A stretch of DNA of 32,000 bases from Candidatus Saccharimonadota bacterium (GTDB lineage: Archaea > Nanohalarchaeota > Nanosalinia > Nanosalinales > Nanosalinaceae). Shown here in pieces: positions 1 through 9,149 of this stretch. Location of the stretch: the NCBI RefSeq assembly GCF_029232205.1, contig NZ_CP107255.1, positions 120,001 to 152,000 on the forward strand, written 5' to 3'. Under the pieces are notes generated by a model. It did not search any database. It was not told the origin of the DNA and saw nothing but the letters and a program-made list of their open reading frames with translations. Position 1 is the stretch's first letter; each line of letters starts with the position of its first letter. The position numbers were made by a program, and so were the translations under genes.

Positions 1-79
1 ACAGTACACGGGAAGAATTGATTTTAGAGAAGTTCCTGAGAAGGTCAGAAGTTACAGAGGGTAGAAACTTTTTTCCCTC

Positions 80-505
80 TTATCTTCTTTCTCTGTACTC
101 GGTGATTAGGCCTTTAATCTTCTGGTCGTTTTTTATCTCCAGAGTGTTGCGGAAGTAGGAGTAGATTCTTCCTATACTATCTGTGTCAAGTGATTCCAAG
201 GCCTTTTCCACGGGCTTCTCATTTTCTGTTTCTTTTTCATCTTTGTAGGATTCTGGTTCCAGAATGTGTTTTACAGGGCCTTCTTGATAGGTCTCTACGT
301 AGAGTGCTTCCCATGTTGCAGGATTATTTTCGGTCTTAAGTATTGTGTCTGTGTCGGCGTGTTTCAGTACGCGGCCAACGAAATCAGGTTCCAGTTCTTC
401 GCTGAATTCTGCTATGTCGCTGCTGGTGAAGGAGCTTGTTTCCTCGTTGATGTATTCCTCTATTACTGGCATTACTTCTTCCTGGTATCGGAGTTCCCAG
501 CTCAT
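80..505 (-). CDS. hypothetical acidic protein (141 aa), 4 nt downstream of the thyX-like gene
   Basis: Intact ORF on the same strand as the upstream gene. Composition is acidic like its neighbours. No motif recognised. Confidence 0.5.
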   Translation of the reverse strand: MSWELRYQEEVMPVIEEYINEETSSFTSSDIAEFSEELEPDFVGRVLKHADTDTILKTENNPATWEALYVETYQEGPVKHILEPESYKDEKETENEKPVEKALESLDTDSIGRIYSYFRNTLEIKNDQKIKGLITEYRERR

Positions 506-509
506 GCGA

Positions 510-2210
510 TCACGTGTGCAGATCTGTTTCTCCTGGCTGAATCCTCATCAATTCTTTCACCGGGGCGTTTCTGTATACGTCCTTGATGCCTTTTCCTTCA
601 GGGTATTCTTCCAGGCCTAGCAGCCATGGATATTCTCTGGCTGCTTCTTCTGCCAGGTTGAATGCGTCTTCACGGTATGAGAAGTTTCCTTCAGGCGTTG
701 ATCGCAAGTTTACAAAGTATTGAAGCTGATCAAGGCCTATGCTCATAGTAATTGTTGTCATTGTAGCCATTGGCAGGACGTACTGCGCCTGCAGTTTGAA
801 GTCCTCTCTAATCTGTTTTTCCGCTTCGTGCGCTATCTGCATTGTCTCTTCAAAGAGTTCTCCTGCTTTCTCAGGCATTTCATCGACTACTTCTGGCCTG
901 TAGTATCCCATGTCGAGGCTGTAGATGTTTTCTCCTCTATCGTTTTTCTGGTGTCTTCTCAGATCTCTTAGAGCGCCTACATCTGTTTTTATCTCGATCG
1001 TCAGTTTCTCGATGTCATATTCTTCGTTGCGGCCTACCCATTCATCGTAGGTGTTCCGGCCCTCGACTGTTCTCTCCAGCACATCGATTTTCTCGTTGTA
1101 GCTCATCTCCTCTGACTTCTGGAAGGCCTGTTTGAAGCTGCAGGAGTTGTTTTCCTTGAGGGTGTGGGCCACTAGCTTGTTGAGAAGGTTTTCTGGCGCG
1201 GATATTATTTCAACTCCTTTTTCGATTTCCTCTCCTTCTGAATCCATTTCAAATTCGCCGTTGTACAGATTTAGTTTATCGGAGCGGTATTCGCTTTTCT
1301 CCGTGTATTTCAGTAGTGAAGGCGCTATCTGGCCTCCTGAGTCTTCCAGTTTCTCTGCTGCGTCGTTCATTTCGCTGAGAGGGCTGCTTTTCCATGATGC
1401 GATGTCAAATTCTGTGCTTCTGGCGTCAAGCGCCCAGGCAATGTTTGTCTGAATGGCCTGCGGAAGAAGAAATCTTGCGATGTCAAGGGCCTTTCCGTCG
1501 AGTTCTCTCTTGTATTTTCTCTCTAGGAAACCTTCTGATTTCTCCTGTGTTTCTTCTGATTGTTTTTCCAGCCATTCTTCGTAAGGTAGTTGTTCTCTGT
1601 AGTATTCTTTGGCTATTTCTGTGAACTCCTTGTAGTTTTCGGTCATTTTCTCGATGGTTTCTGTGTATTTTTCGGAGTGCTCGCTTTCCATGATGTCTGG
1701 ATCTTTGTAGTAGTTGTCTTTGTCGAATTCTACGTAGCGGGTGCTTTGTTCGATGAAAAATGCTAGCTGGTCTTCTGCAAGTTTTCTCGCGAATATCTGG
1801 CTGACGTCATTTGCTACGAACGGAATCCAGACAGTGTTTGCAATTGATTTGTGGCCGTATGTTCCGTAGTATTTTTCAAAGAAGCTCTGGGATTTTTCAA
1901 GGCCTGATTGAAGGCCTTTCTGCGGGTGTTCGTAGATATCTCCTTCTTTTTCGTCTGCTGTTCTTGCCAGTTTCTCCAGTCTTTCTTCGCCGCCTTCTAT
2001 TTTGTGGCCTCGGATATTTCCTTTTATTGCGTCTAGGAGGTGTTCTCTGATGTCTTTGGGGCTTCTTGAGAAAAAGCTGCCGAATGCGCCGAATATTTCC
2101 GGGCTGACGTTTTGCACGGCATAGATGTTTTCTTCTGTATGGGTTACAAAGTTTGAAAGTGCCTTTTTTTCTGTTTCAGAGAATTCTGTCAACTGTTTAA
2201 ACCCCTCCAA
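510..2210 (-). CDS. thyX: FAD-dependent thymidylate synthase ThyX-like, long tandem-domain form (566 aa)
   Basis: N-terminal 'PEIFGAFGSFFSRS' and 'GHKSIANTVW...FFIEQSTRYVEF', plus C-half 'ALRDLRRHQ' and 'NLRSTPEGNFSYREDAF', resemble the ~530 aa Chlamydia-type duplicated ThyX (from memory). The gene is adjacent to glyA and close to tmk. TTG is the only in-frame start after the upstream stop. Confidence 0.6.
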   Translation of the reverse strand: MEGFKQLTEFSETEKKALSNFVTHTEENIYAVQNVSPEIFGAFGSFFSRSPKDIREHLLDAIKGNIRGHKIEGGEERLEKLARTADEKEGDIYEHPQKGLQSGLEKSQSFFEKYYGTYGHKSIANTVWIPFVANDVSQIFARKLAEDQLAFFIEQSTRYVEFDKDNYYKDPDIMESEHSEKYTETIEKMTENYKEFTEIAKEYYREQLPYEEWLEKQSEETQEKSEGFLERKYKRELDGKALDIARFLLPQAIQTNIAWALDARSTEFDIASWKSSPLSEMNDAAEKLEDSGGQIAPSLLKYTEKSEYRSDKLNLYNGEFEMDSEGEEIEKGVEIISAPENLLNKLVAHTLKENNSCSFKQAFQKSEEMSYNEKIDVLERTVEGRNTYDEWVGRNEEYDIEKLTIEIKTDVGALRDLRRHQKNDRGENIYSLDMGYYRPEVVDEMPEKAGELFEETMQIAHEAEKQIREDFKLQAQYVLPMATMTTITMSIGLDQLQYFVNLRSTPEGNFSYREDAFNLAEEAAREYPWLLGLEEYPEGKGIKDVYRNAPVKELMRIQPGETDLHT

Positions 2211-2305
2211 AAAAGGGTTCGATCTGAGTTATTTTATATTTTGAGAACCATATTTGAGAAGTAAAAAATAGATAAATTGAGGCCTGAGCATGGCGAACTG
2301 TGTCG

Positions 2306-3568
2306 CTAGAACTCTACATCTGAATCCTCGTAGAGAGGGAACTCTGCCAGAAGCTCTGAGACTCTGTCCTCCACTTCTGACCTTATATCTTCGCTTTCAG
2401 GATTCTTCACTACTTCGCCGATCATTTTTCCGATCTCCTTGAGTTCTTCCTCTTCCATTCCTCTTGTTGTCAGTGCTGGGGTACCAATTCTGATACCAGA
2501 GGTTACCATTGGTGGTTCTGGATCGTAAGGTACTGCGTTTTTGTTGACAACTATTCCTGCTTCTTCAAGGGCCTCTTCTGCTTCTTTTCCTGTTGTTTCT
2601 TCGTCTGTCAGGTCGACGAGTACTAGATGATTGTCTGTTCCGCCTGAAACCATTTGAAGGCCTTTTTCTCTGAGGCCTTCTGCCAGGGCTTTGGTATTTT
2701 TCTTTATCTGTGCGGCGTAGTCTTTGAACTCTGGTTTCATTGCTTCTTTGAAGCATACTGCTTTTCCTGCGATCTGATGCATTAGTGGGCCTCCCTGGCT
2801 GTATGGGAATACCGCTGAATCTACTTCATCTGCGTATTCTCGTTTGCAGAGGATCATGCCGCCTCTTGCGCCCCGGATTGATTTGTGGGTGGTTGTTGTG
2901 ACAATGTCACATTCTGGGAACGGCGAAGGATGTTCTCCTGCTGCTACAAGACCTGATATGTGGGCTATATCGCACATGAGCAGTGCGTCGACTTCGTCGG
3001 CAACTTCTCTGAACATTTCAAAGTCTATTTCTCTGGGATATGCGGAGTAGCCGCAGACTATCAGGTCAGGGTTGTGCTCCTTTGCGGCTTTCATTACATC
3101 TTCTTTCTCGAATCTTTCGGTTTCCTGGTTGATGCCGTATGTTTCGAAGTCGAAAAGGTCTCCTGAGAAGTTTACTCCGTGGCCGTGTGTTAGGTGGCCT
3201 CCATGGCTAAGTACTGGACCTAGTATTTTGTCTCCTGCGTCTAGCTGTGAGAAGTATGCTGCAAAGTTGGCCTGGCTTCCTGAGTGTGGCTGTACGTTGG
3301 CATGGTCGGCGTTGAAGATTTCACATGCTCTTTCACGGGCCAGGTTTTCGATCTTGTCGTGGTGTTCGCAGCCGGCGTAGTATCTTTTTCCTGGAAGGCC
3401 TTCTGCGTATTTGTTGGTGAGAACTGATCCCTGGGCCTGTAGAATCTGTTTTGGTACAAAGTTTTCCGAGGCAATCATTTCGAGTGATTCGCTTTCCTGC
3501 CTCTCTACCTCATTTTTCAGGGCTTTGTAGACTTCTGGGTCGGCCTCGGAAATATCCTTGTGTTCCAT
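2306..3568 (-). CDS. glyA: serine hydroxymethyltransferase
   Basis: 420 aa with '[15 protein letters not shown]', '[10 protein letters not shown]' and the PLP-lysine motif '[14 protein letters not shown]'. Confidence 0.95.
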   Translation of the reverse strand: MEHKDISEADPEVYKALKNEVERQESESLEMIASENFVPKQILQAQGSVLTNKYAEGLPGKRYYAGCEHHDKIENLARERACEIFNADHANVQPHSGSQANFAAYFSQLDAGDKILGPVLSHGGHLTHGHGVNFSGDLFDFETYGINQETERFEKEDVMKAAKEHNPDLIVCGYSAYPREIDFEMFREVADEVDALLMCDIAHISGLVAAGEHPSPFPECDIVTTTTHKSIRGARGGMILCKREYADEVDSAVFPYSQGGPLMHQIAGKAVCFKEAMKPEFKDYAAQIKKNTKALAEGLREKGLQMVSGGTDNHLVLVDLTDEETTGKEAEEALEEAGIVVNKNAVPYDPEPPMVTSGIRIGTPALTTRGMEEEELKEIGKMIGEVVKNPESEDIRSEVEDRVSELLAEFPLYEDSDVEF

Positions 3569-3658
3569 GTAACTGGTTCTTTCATGAAGTCATAATTGTC
3601 TTTCGATCAGTCCGTATCTCTGGCAGAAAAAGAAGAGAAGTGAGGGTTGGGAGGGCCT

Positions 3659-4303
3659 TTATCGGTCGGCCAGCATTTCTATTACTATCTGAAGGATCTG
3701 TACGAATACTCCCATGAATGCGACGTAGATTCCTATTCCGTTGAGGTATACGTTGGAAGGCCTCTGTTTCATGTCCCAGATCTCGTAGACTAGGTATGTC
3801 AGGAATCCTGCGAGGGCGAGTGCGAATGCTACTATGATCAGGCCTCTGCTGAATGTTCCTATGAAAGATATTCCAAGTACTCCCATGAAGAGGTAGTTTG
3901 AGTATCTCTGCCATGAGGAGAAGTCGTGTTCTGTTAGATATACTAGCAGGCCGCTTATTACTGTGATTGCTGTGGTTATAATTGCTGTTGCTGCTAGTGC
4001 GATCATCTGTGTTCTTGGCCCGATCATGCCGAGTATTCCTGCTCCGAAGATCCCGTATGTTATTTGCAGGATTGCTGTGCCGAGCCAGGCCTGCTTTGTT
4101 TGGTTGTTGCGTATTCCTTTTTTGGCCAGGTATACTCCTCCGGTTAGTAGTGCTCCGTAGAATATTACTCCGAGTATGAATGTGCTGAATACGATGTTTG
4201 AGATTGTTGATAACGGTGTGAATGCGAAGACCCACATTACTGCGATGTTTATCAGTATTAGGCCTGCGCTGAGTCCTATGCTTTTCAGTTCTTCTGTTTT
4301 CAT
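3659..4303 (-). CDS. Bax inhibitor-1/YccA (TMBIM) family membrane protein
   Basis: 214 aa with about 7 predicted TM helices. Length and hydrophobic pattern are typical of the BI-1/YccA family, with a charged C-terminal tail. Family call is by pattern only. Confidence 0.5.
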   Translation of the reverse strand: MKTEELKSIGLSAGLILINIAVMWVFAFTPLSTISNIVFSTFILGVIFYGALLTGGVYLAKKGIRNNQTKQAWLGTAILQITYGIFGAGILGMIGPRTQMIALAATAIITTAITVISGLLVYLTEHDFSSWQRYSNYLFMGVLGISFIGTFSRGLIIVAFALALAGFLTYLVYEIWDMKQRPSNVYLNGIGIYVAFMGVFVQILQIVIEMLADR

Positions 4304-4380
4304 ATTGTGTTTGGAGTGGTTGAAGGGTTTAAACCTGGTGGATGGTTAGTTACTAAAAACTCTCAGCAGAATTTTTCGCT

Positions 4381-5115
4381 GTGACAGAGAACGATTTCTC
4401 CGGTACTTTTGTCGTTGTTGAGGGGGCTGATGCCTCCGGTAAGCAAACTCAGGTAGGCCGTATTGCTGAATGGCTGAGGTTTGAAGGCCGCAGCAGTATT
4501 GATCCGGCGGTTGAGCAGGATATTCTTGACAGGATGCCGGGGAAGTATCCGGATCCAACTATGGACAAGGTTGAGGATAGTGTTATGGATGGTGTCTGGA
4601 GGCTTTCTTTCCCTACGTATGGTCAGACGCCTGGAGGCCGTGTTGTTGGCTCCTATCTTGATGGAGATCTCGGTAACAGGGATGATGTATCTCTAGAAGA
4701 TATTATAGATATTTTTGCAGCCGATAGGAAACAGTTCAAGGAGCTTATCCGCGAGTACCTGGAAGAGGGCGGTATTATTGTATGTGATCGTTATAGAGAG
4801 GCCAATCTAATTCATCAGCTCGTTGATTTTGAAGGTGAGGAGTGGGAGAGAAAGCTGGAGTATATTAAAGGTATAGATGCTGATCTGCCGGATGCGGATG
4901 TTGTTTTCTACCTTGATATTTCTCCTGAGGCCGCTAGGGAGAGGATGAGTGATAAGGATAAAGATATTCACGAGCAGGACTTTGAGTATATGAAGAAGTC
5001 GAATCTTAATGGTCAGAAGCTTGCTGAAAGAGAGGGCTGGCGCGTTATCGATGGTGAAAGAGGTAAAGACGAGGTTGAAGCTGATTTGAGAAAAATTATT
5101 GAAGAATTCCTCTAG
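4381..5115 (+). CDS. tmk: thymidylate kinase (dTMP kinase)
   Basis: GTG start. P-loop 'VVVEGADASGKQTQ' and 'CDRYREANLIHQ' (the DRY region of Tmk). There is an insertion after the P-loop relative to typical Tmk. Confidence 0.8.
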   Translation: MTENDFSGTFVVVEGADASGKQTQVGRIAEWLRFEGRSSIDPAVEQDILDRMPGKYPDPTMDKVEDSVMDGVWRLSFPTYGQTPGGRVVGSYLDGDLGNRDDVSLEDIIDIFAADRKQFKELIREYLEEGGIIVCDRYREANLIHQLVDFEGEEWERKLEYIKGIDADLPDADVVFYLDISPEAARERMSDKDKDIHEQDFEYMKKSNLNGQKLAEREGWRVIDGERGKDEVEADLRKIIEEFL

Positions 5116-5176
5116 GACTTCGAGATTCTGGAACCGTAAAGGTTATTAGACGTCCGGAACTTCAATTAGTGTATAG

Positions 5177-5752
5177 ATGGCAGAAGAAGAGGATTCGGTC
5201 GAGGAAACTAACTCCGGAGTGAAAAAGAACGGCAACTGGAAGGAAATTGCCGAGTTCGGAGAGGAGGTTGAAGGCATACTTGAGGAGTCAGGATCTGACT
5301 CAGAGTCTATAGAGAAGTTCGGTGACTGGAGGCCTAAAGTTGAGGAATCTGAGAGCGATGTCAAGAGGAAGACTGTTGACGAAGCAGTTTTGAAGGAGAG
5401 AGAAATTGAAAGAGACAGTGAAGGAGTAAAGAAAGATCTTAAACAGGCCTCTGACAAGATGGCGGAAGCTGGAAAGAAAGCTGTCAAGAAAGAAGTTCCG
5501 GAAAAAGAAATAATTGAAGCCTCTTCTGAAGCAGCAAAACCTCTTTTCTCCAGAATTGCAGGCCTTCTGAGAAAGATTGAGTCTGTAATTTACTCCTGGA
5601 TAACTCTCAGGTTTAATCCTTACTACCTGGATACTGAGGATTTCTCCGTTGATATTACTGATAAGAGGGATGGCGAGTTCGAGATGGATGTTGCTGTTCT
5701 TGAAGAGGAGAAGCGTGAAGGCCTCAAGGAAAAGTTCAGAGATGATGAGTGA
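5177..5752 (+). CDS. hypothetical highly acidic protein (191 aa), translationally coupled to the PiT-like gene
   Basis: Intact ORF whose stop overlaps the next gene's start (GTGATG). No recognisable motif. Confidence 0.5.
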   Translation: MAEEEDSVEETNSGVKKNGNWKEIAEFGEEVEGILEESGSDSESIEKFGDWRPKVEESESDVKRKTVDEAVLKEREIERDSEGVKKDLKQASDKMAEAGKKAVKKEVPEKEIIEASSEAAKPLFSRIAGLLRKIESVIYSWITLRFNPYYLDTEDFSVDITDKRDGEFEMDVAVLEEEKREGLKEKFRDDE

Positions 5753-6687
5753 TGCAGGAGCTACTTTATGTTTCGGCGCTTGCAGCAGCAGTTTTCATGG
5801 GTATTTCTATAGGAGCTTCGACTGTTGCCTCGGCTTTCGGCCCGGTAAACAGTGCGCGTTCAGCTAATATTTTACGTTCAGCTCTTTTTGCAGGTTTCTT
5901 CGCCTTTCTGGGAGCTGTTACTCAGGGAGCAAATGTTACTGAAACTGTAGGATCAGGAATTATTGGCGGAGAGATTCAAACTATTCAGGCGGCCTTGATT
6001 CTTTTCGTAGCGGCAGGCCTTGTTATTGTCAGCGTTATGGGAGATTATCCTATGCCTACAGCATTTACGGTTGTAGGAGCGGTTATAGGTTCGGGCCTGG
6101 CGTTCGGAAATCCGCTACAGTATTCTGGAATAACAAAGGTACTGGGATACTGGCTGATTATTCCTTTCCTATCTCTAGGCCTCAGCTACAGCATTGCTAA
6201 AATACTGAGAAAATACGTGTCCAAAGAGGACTCAGAGGGAAAGCTTCGAATCCTTCTTCTGGTTACAGGAAGCTACGTAGCTTACTCGGCGGGAGCATCA
6301 GCAGTAGGACTTGCAGTAGGCCCTCTCACAGGATTAATTTCTTCTACAGGAGCTCTGCTCTTGATGGGAGGCCTGGCTATCTTGATGGGTGCCTGGCTGT
6401 ACTCTCCAAGAATTATCCGGGCAATTTCCTTTGATTATTCGAATATTGGGCCTCGTAGAAGTGTTGCAGCTCTTGGAACAGCAGCAATACTGGCCCAGAT
6501 AGGAATATTTTTCGGAGTTCCGATATCATTCAATGAAGCTGTTATTGCATCGGTCATTGGATCTGGGCTTGTAGAAGGAAAGGCCAACGCCGATATGGAG
6601 AAGATTGGAAGAACTGCTGCAGCATGGGTAGCAGCTTTCTTCCTTGCAATGATTTTAACTGCAGGAATAGGTCTTTTGATTGCCTAA
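5749..6687 (+). CDS. PiT (PHO4)-family-like inorganic ion transporter, divergent signature
   Basis: 312 aa polytopic membrane protein. It has two internal copies of a PiT-like signature, 'IGASTVASAFGPV' and 'AGASAVGLAVGPL' (canonical GANDVANxFGT/P), plus 'GVPISFNEAVIASVIGSGL'. Confidence 0.55.
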   Translation: MMQELLYVSALAAAVFMGISIGASTVASAFGPVNSARSANILRSALFAGFFAFLGAVTQGANVTETVGSGIIGGEIQTIQAALILFVAAGLVIVSVMGDYPMPTAFTVVGAVIGSGLAFGNPLQYSGITKVLGYWLIIPFLSLGLSYSIAKILRKYVSKEDSEGKLRILLLVTGSYVAYSAGASAVGLAVGPLTGLISSTGALLLMGGLAILMGAWLYSPRIIRAISFDYSNIGPRRSVAALGTAAILAQIGIFFGVPISFNEAVIASVIGSGLVEGKANADMEKIGRTAAAWVAAFFLAMILTAGIGLLIA

Positions 6688-8582
6688 TTTTTGATGTCTG
6701 ACTGGCCTGGCGGTAGTGATCTTATGATGTAGTCGAGGTCGAGTTCTTTGTCTTTTCCGAGGCCTGACTGTATTTTCTTGGCGATCTCTGATTTCTTGGT
6801 GTGGCCTGGTTCGAGGTTGATGTATTCTTCGCAGTGTTCGGAGATTGCGGTTTCTGGGCCGCACATTGGTACCCAGGTGTCTTCTATCTGGTATGCTCCT
6901 ACTGAGGCCTCTACTGACATGTTTCTCATGTATTCTCTGTCCCCTCGGATTACGAATGCTCCTTTTCCGAGATACTCTCCTGACTCAGGGTTTTCTGTTA
7001 CCTGTTCGGGATCTACGTAGTATACATCGTCTGCACCTATACCGGCTTTCCATGTCTTTGAAAACGTGACAGCGGCTTTCGCAGCTTCTTCACGAGTGGC
7101 CTCGCCGCAGTCCTGCCCATCTTTTACTACGACACTGGGTGCGCCGTCAAAGTCGGCGTGGAAGTACAGGTCGTTGTCTTCCATGTGTTTTTTGACCAGC
7201 ATTTCGTTGGTCTGAGCGTCTCTACCTGCGATCACGAGGTAGTCTTCTGAGGATCGGAACCATCTGTATTTCTCGAACCATTTCTTGGATCTTTTCTGCG
7301 ACTTATCCTCCATTTCTTCCTCATAGTCGAACTCATCCTCGCTGAGATCATCAATTTTCTCCTGAGTCTTCTCCAGGGCCTTTTCCACGCTCTCCATTTT
7401 TGATTCGGAGTCCTTGGCTTTATCGTAGTATGAAGAGGCCGTGGCTTCCAGATTCTGGCCGGGTCTTAATTTGATACTGTATCCGTCGACGCTGGCTGAG
7501 AAAAATTCTTCTCTCTCATTCAGAGAGTTAACATGCTCTGATAGCTCTGTTTCGGCCTCTTTCAGCTTTTCTTCAGTCTCCTTCCAGCCGTTTTCTTCAA
7601 TGGATTGTTCGAGGCTTTCTTTTATTTTCTGAAGAAGCTGGTAGTTCTCATAGATTATCTCTGCTTTCTCACGGTTCTGTTTCGATGATTTCTGGAGGCC
7701 CTGGAGCTTTCTTTCCTGTTGTTCTTTCTGTGCTTCTAGTCCCTGTAGTTTTTCCTGGAAGGCCTCTTTCTTCTCTTTCTCTTTTTCCTGTCGTGTTCTT
7801 CTGTAGTAGTATTCGTCCAGCGCTTCCGAGAATGTCTCCATGTCCTCTCTGTCCAGATCTTCGTATTTTTCTAGAGGAAAGGGTGCTGCTCGTTCTGGCA
7901 GGTCCTCGGTGTACAGTACGGGTTTCAGGTCTTCCTGGCCTATTATTCTGTCTATTTGCTGTCTGAGCTCTTCCTTTTCCTCTTCCTCAAGGTCGCCGAC
8001 TTCTGTGTCTTTTTCTATTTCTGCTCTCTGACAGATTTCTTCTGCGTACGTTCCTCCGAAGCTAAGTTTAGCTGCAATTTCCCGTACTATTTCCTCTTCT
8101 TCGTCCATAAGTGAGAAGTAGTCGTCTACTTCTCGTGGGTCTGCTGTTGGTTCTGGATATACGTATTCTTCTCCAACCCTGATTGATCTGTCAGCCCATT
8201 CCTGTTCTCTGAGAGCTCCTATTATCTTTCCTTCTTTCAGGAGGATGAAGTTTCCTTTTCCAAACATTTCTGCAATGAATTTTTTGTCTCCAGATTCTAT
8301 TTCCAGTATTCTGTCGAATCCTCTCTGCTTTATTGAGTCTACTCGACCCAGGTGTTTTCTGAGTTCCATACAGAAGCCTGGAGGCCTTTCTGGGTTCTCT
8401 CGTTTGTATTTGGAGATAAAGCATCTGTCTGTTCCGATTACCAGTCTTTTCTTGTCTTCTCCTGGCACGTATACCTCTATTGTTAGTTCCTGCCCTCTCT
8501 GGTATACTTTCTGAACGAATCCTTCCTCCAGGTTGTTCAGTTCTTCCATGAGTATTGAGAGGTCTAGACTGGTTAGCTCCAT
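6684..8582 (-). CDS. NFACT-family ribosome quality control protein (RqcH/Rqc2/FbpA homologue)
   Basis: 632 aa with N-terminal NFACT-N 'MELTSLDLSILMEELNNLEEGFVQKVYQ', a central E/K-rich coiled coil, and C-terminal NFACT-R/DUF814 'LYFHADFDGAPSVVVK'. Confidence 0.85.
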   Translation of the reverse strand: MELTSLDLSILMEELNNLEEGFVQKVYQRGQELTIEVYVPGEDKKRLVIGTDRCFISKYKRENPERPPGFCMELRKHLGRVDSIKQRGFDRILEIESGDKKFIAEMFGKGNFILLKEGKIIGALREQEWADRSIRVGEEYVYPEPTADPREVDDYFSLMDEEEEIVREIAAKLSFGGTYAEEICQRAEIEKDTEVGDLEEEEKEELRQQIDRIIGQEDLKPVLYTEDLPERAAPFPLEKYEDLDREDMETFSEALDEYYYRRTRQEKEKEKKEAFQEKLQGLEAQKEQQERKLQGLQKSSKQNREKAEIIYENYQLLQKIKESLEQSIEENGWKETEEKLKEAETELSEHVNSLNEREEFFSASVDGYSIKLRPGQNLEATASSYYDKAKDSESKMESVEKALEKTQEKIDDLSEDEFDYEEEMEDKSQKRSKKWFEKYRWFRSSEDYLVIAGRDAQTNEMLVKKHMEDNDLYFHADFDGAPSVVVKDGQDCGEATREEAAKAAVTFSKTWKAGIGADDVYYVDPEQVTENPESGEYLGKGAFVIRGDREYMRNMSVEASVGAYQIEDTWVPMCGPETAISEHCEEYINLEPGHTKKSEIAKKIQSGLGKDKELDLDYIIRSLPPGQSDIKN

Positions 8583-8796
8583 AGAACTGGGTTTTGTTCC
8601 GAATTGTTAAATTAACAGGAATCTTGCTCTGTTGAGGTTATTCGATCATCTTCAACACAGCAGGGTTTATATTTGGGCTTTCACAAAATGCACTTGAACA
8701 CCACATGTCGGGGGCGGAGGGTATTCTATCCCACTACATGTTGTATTTGGTGTTTTGTGCCAGATTTAGCTATACTTCGTTAAGAGGCAGGAAAAA

Positions 8797-9129
8797 ATGA
8801 ATTCCCAGAGGAGCTTGGAGAAAAGCGGCAGTCAGGAAAGACGAAAAACCATTCAGGAAATATTCGATCAGGCCTTGGATAACTCAGCTGCAGAACTTAA
8901 ATCCCGGAGGCTTGCTGCCGAGGTAGATGAAAGTCTTGAAGAGAAGGCCTCTCAGAAGGAGATTTTTCAGGCCTGTCTTGAGGCCTCAAGATCTTATATA
9001 GGCGCTGATCCGGGTATGAGAGAGGTTGCGGCGGATATTTTCCTTCAGAAGGTGGATCTCGATGAAGAAGAAAGGTTCTTCGAAATGTATGTTGAGGAGT
9101 GTTCGCACGCAGGCCCTAGAAGCCGGTAG
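8797..9129 (+). CDS. hypothetical protein (110 aa)
   Basis: Intact ORF with a TATA-like 'TTTAGCTATAC' about 25 nt upstream of the ATG. No motif recognised. Confidence 0.45.
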   Translation: MNSQRSLEKSGSQERRKTIQEIFDQALDNSAAELKSRRLAAEVDESLEEKASQKEIFQACLEASRSYIGADPGMREVAADIFLQKVDLDEEERFFEMYVEECSHAGPRSR

Positions 9130-9149
9130 CTGCCGTTTTTCCCTTTTTT

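Noticed and set aside
1-64. A frame open to the left window edge ends at TAG 62-64 (..QYTGRIDFREVPEKVRSYRG*) and is followed by a T6 run. It could be the 3' end of a plus-strand gene.
   Set aside because: Only 20 codons are visible and no motif is recognisable, which is too little to call a feature.
5177-5752. The 191-aa protein upstream of the PiT-like gene might be the DUF47/PhoU-like phosphate-transport regulator that commonly accompanies PiT genes.
   Set aside because: I cannot see any resemblance to the DUF47/PhoU helical-repeat pattern. The protein is mostly low-complexity and acidic, so it is left as hypothetical.
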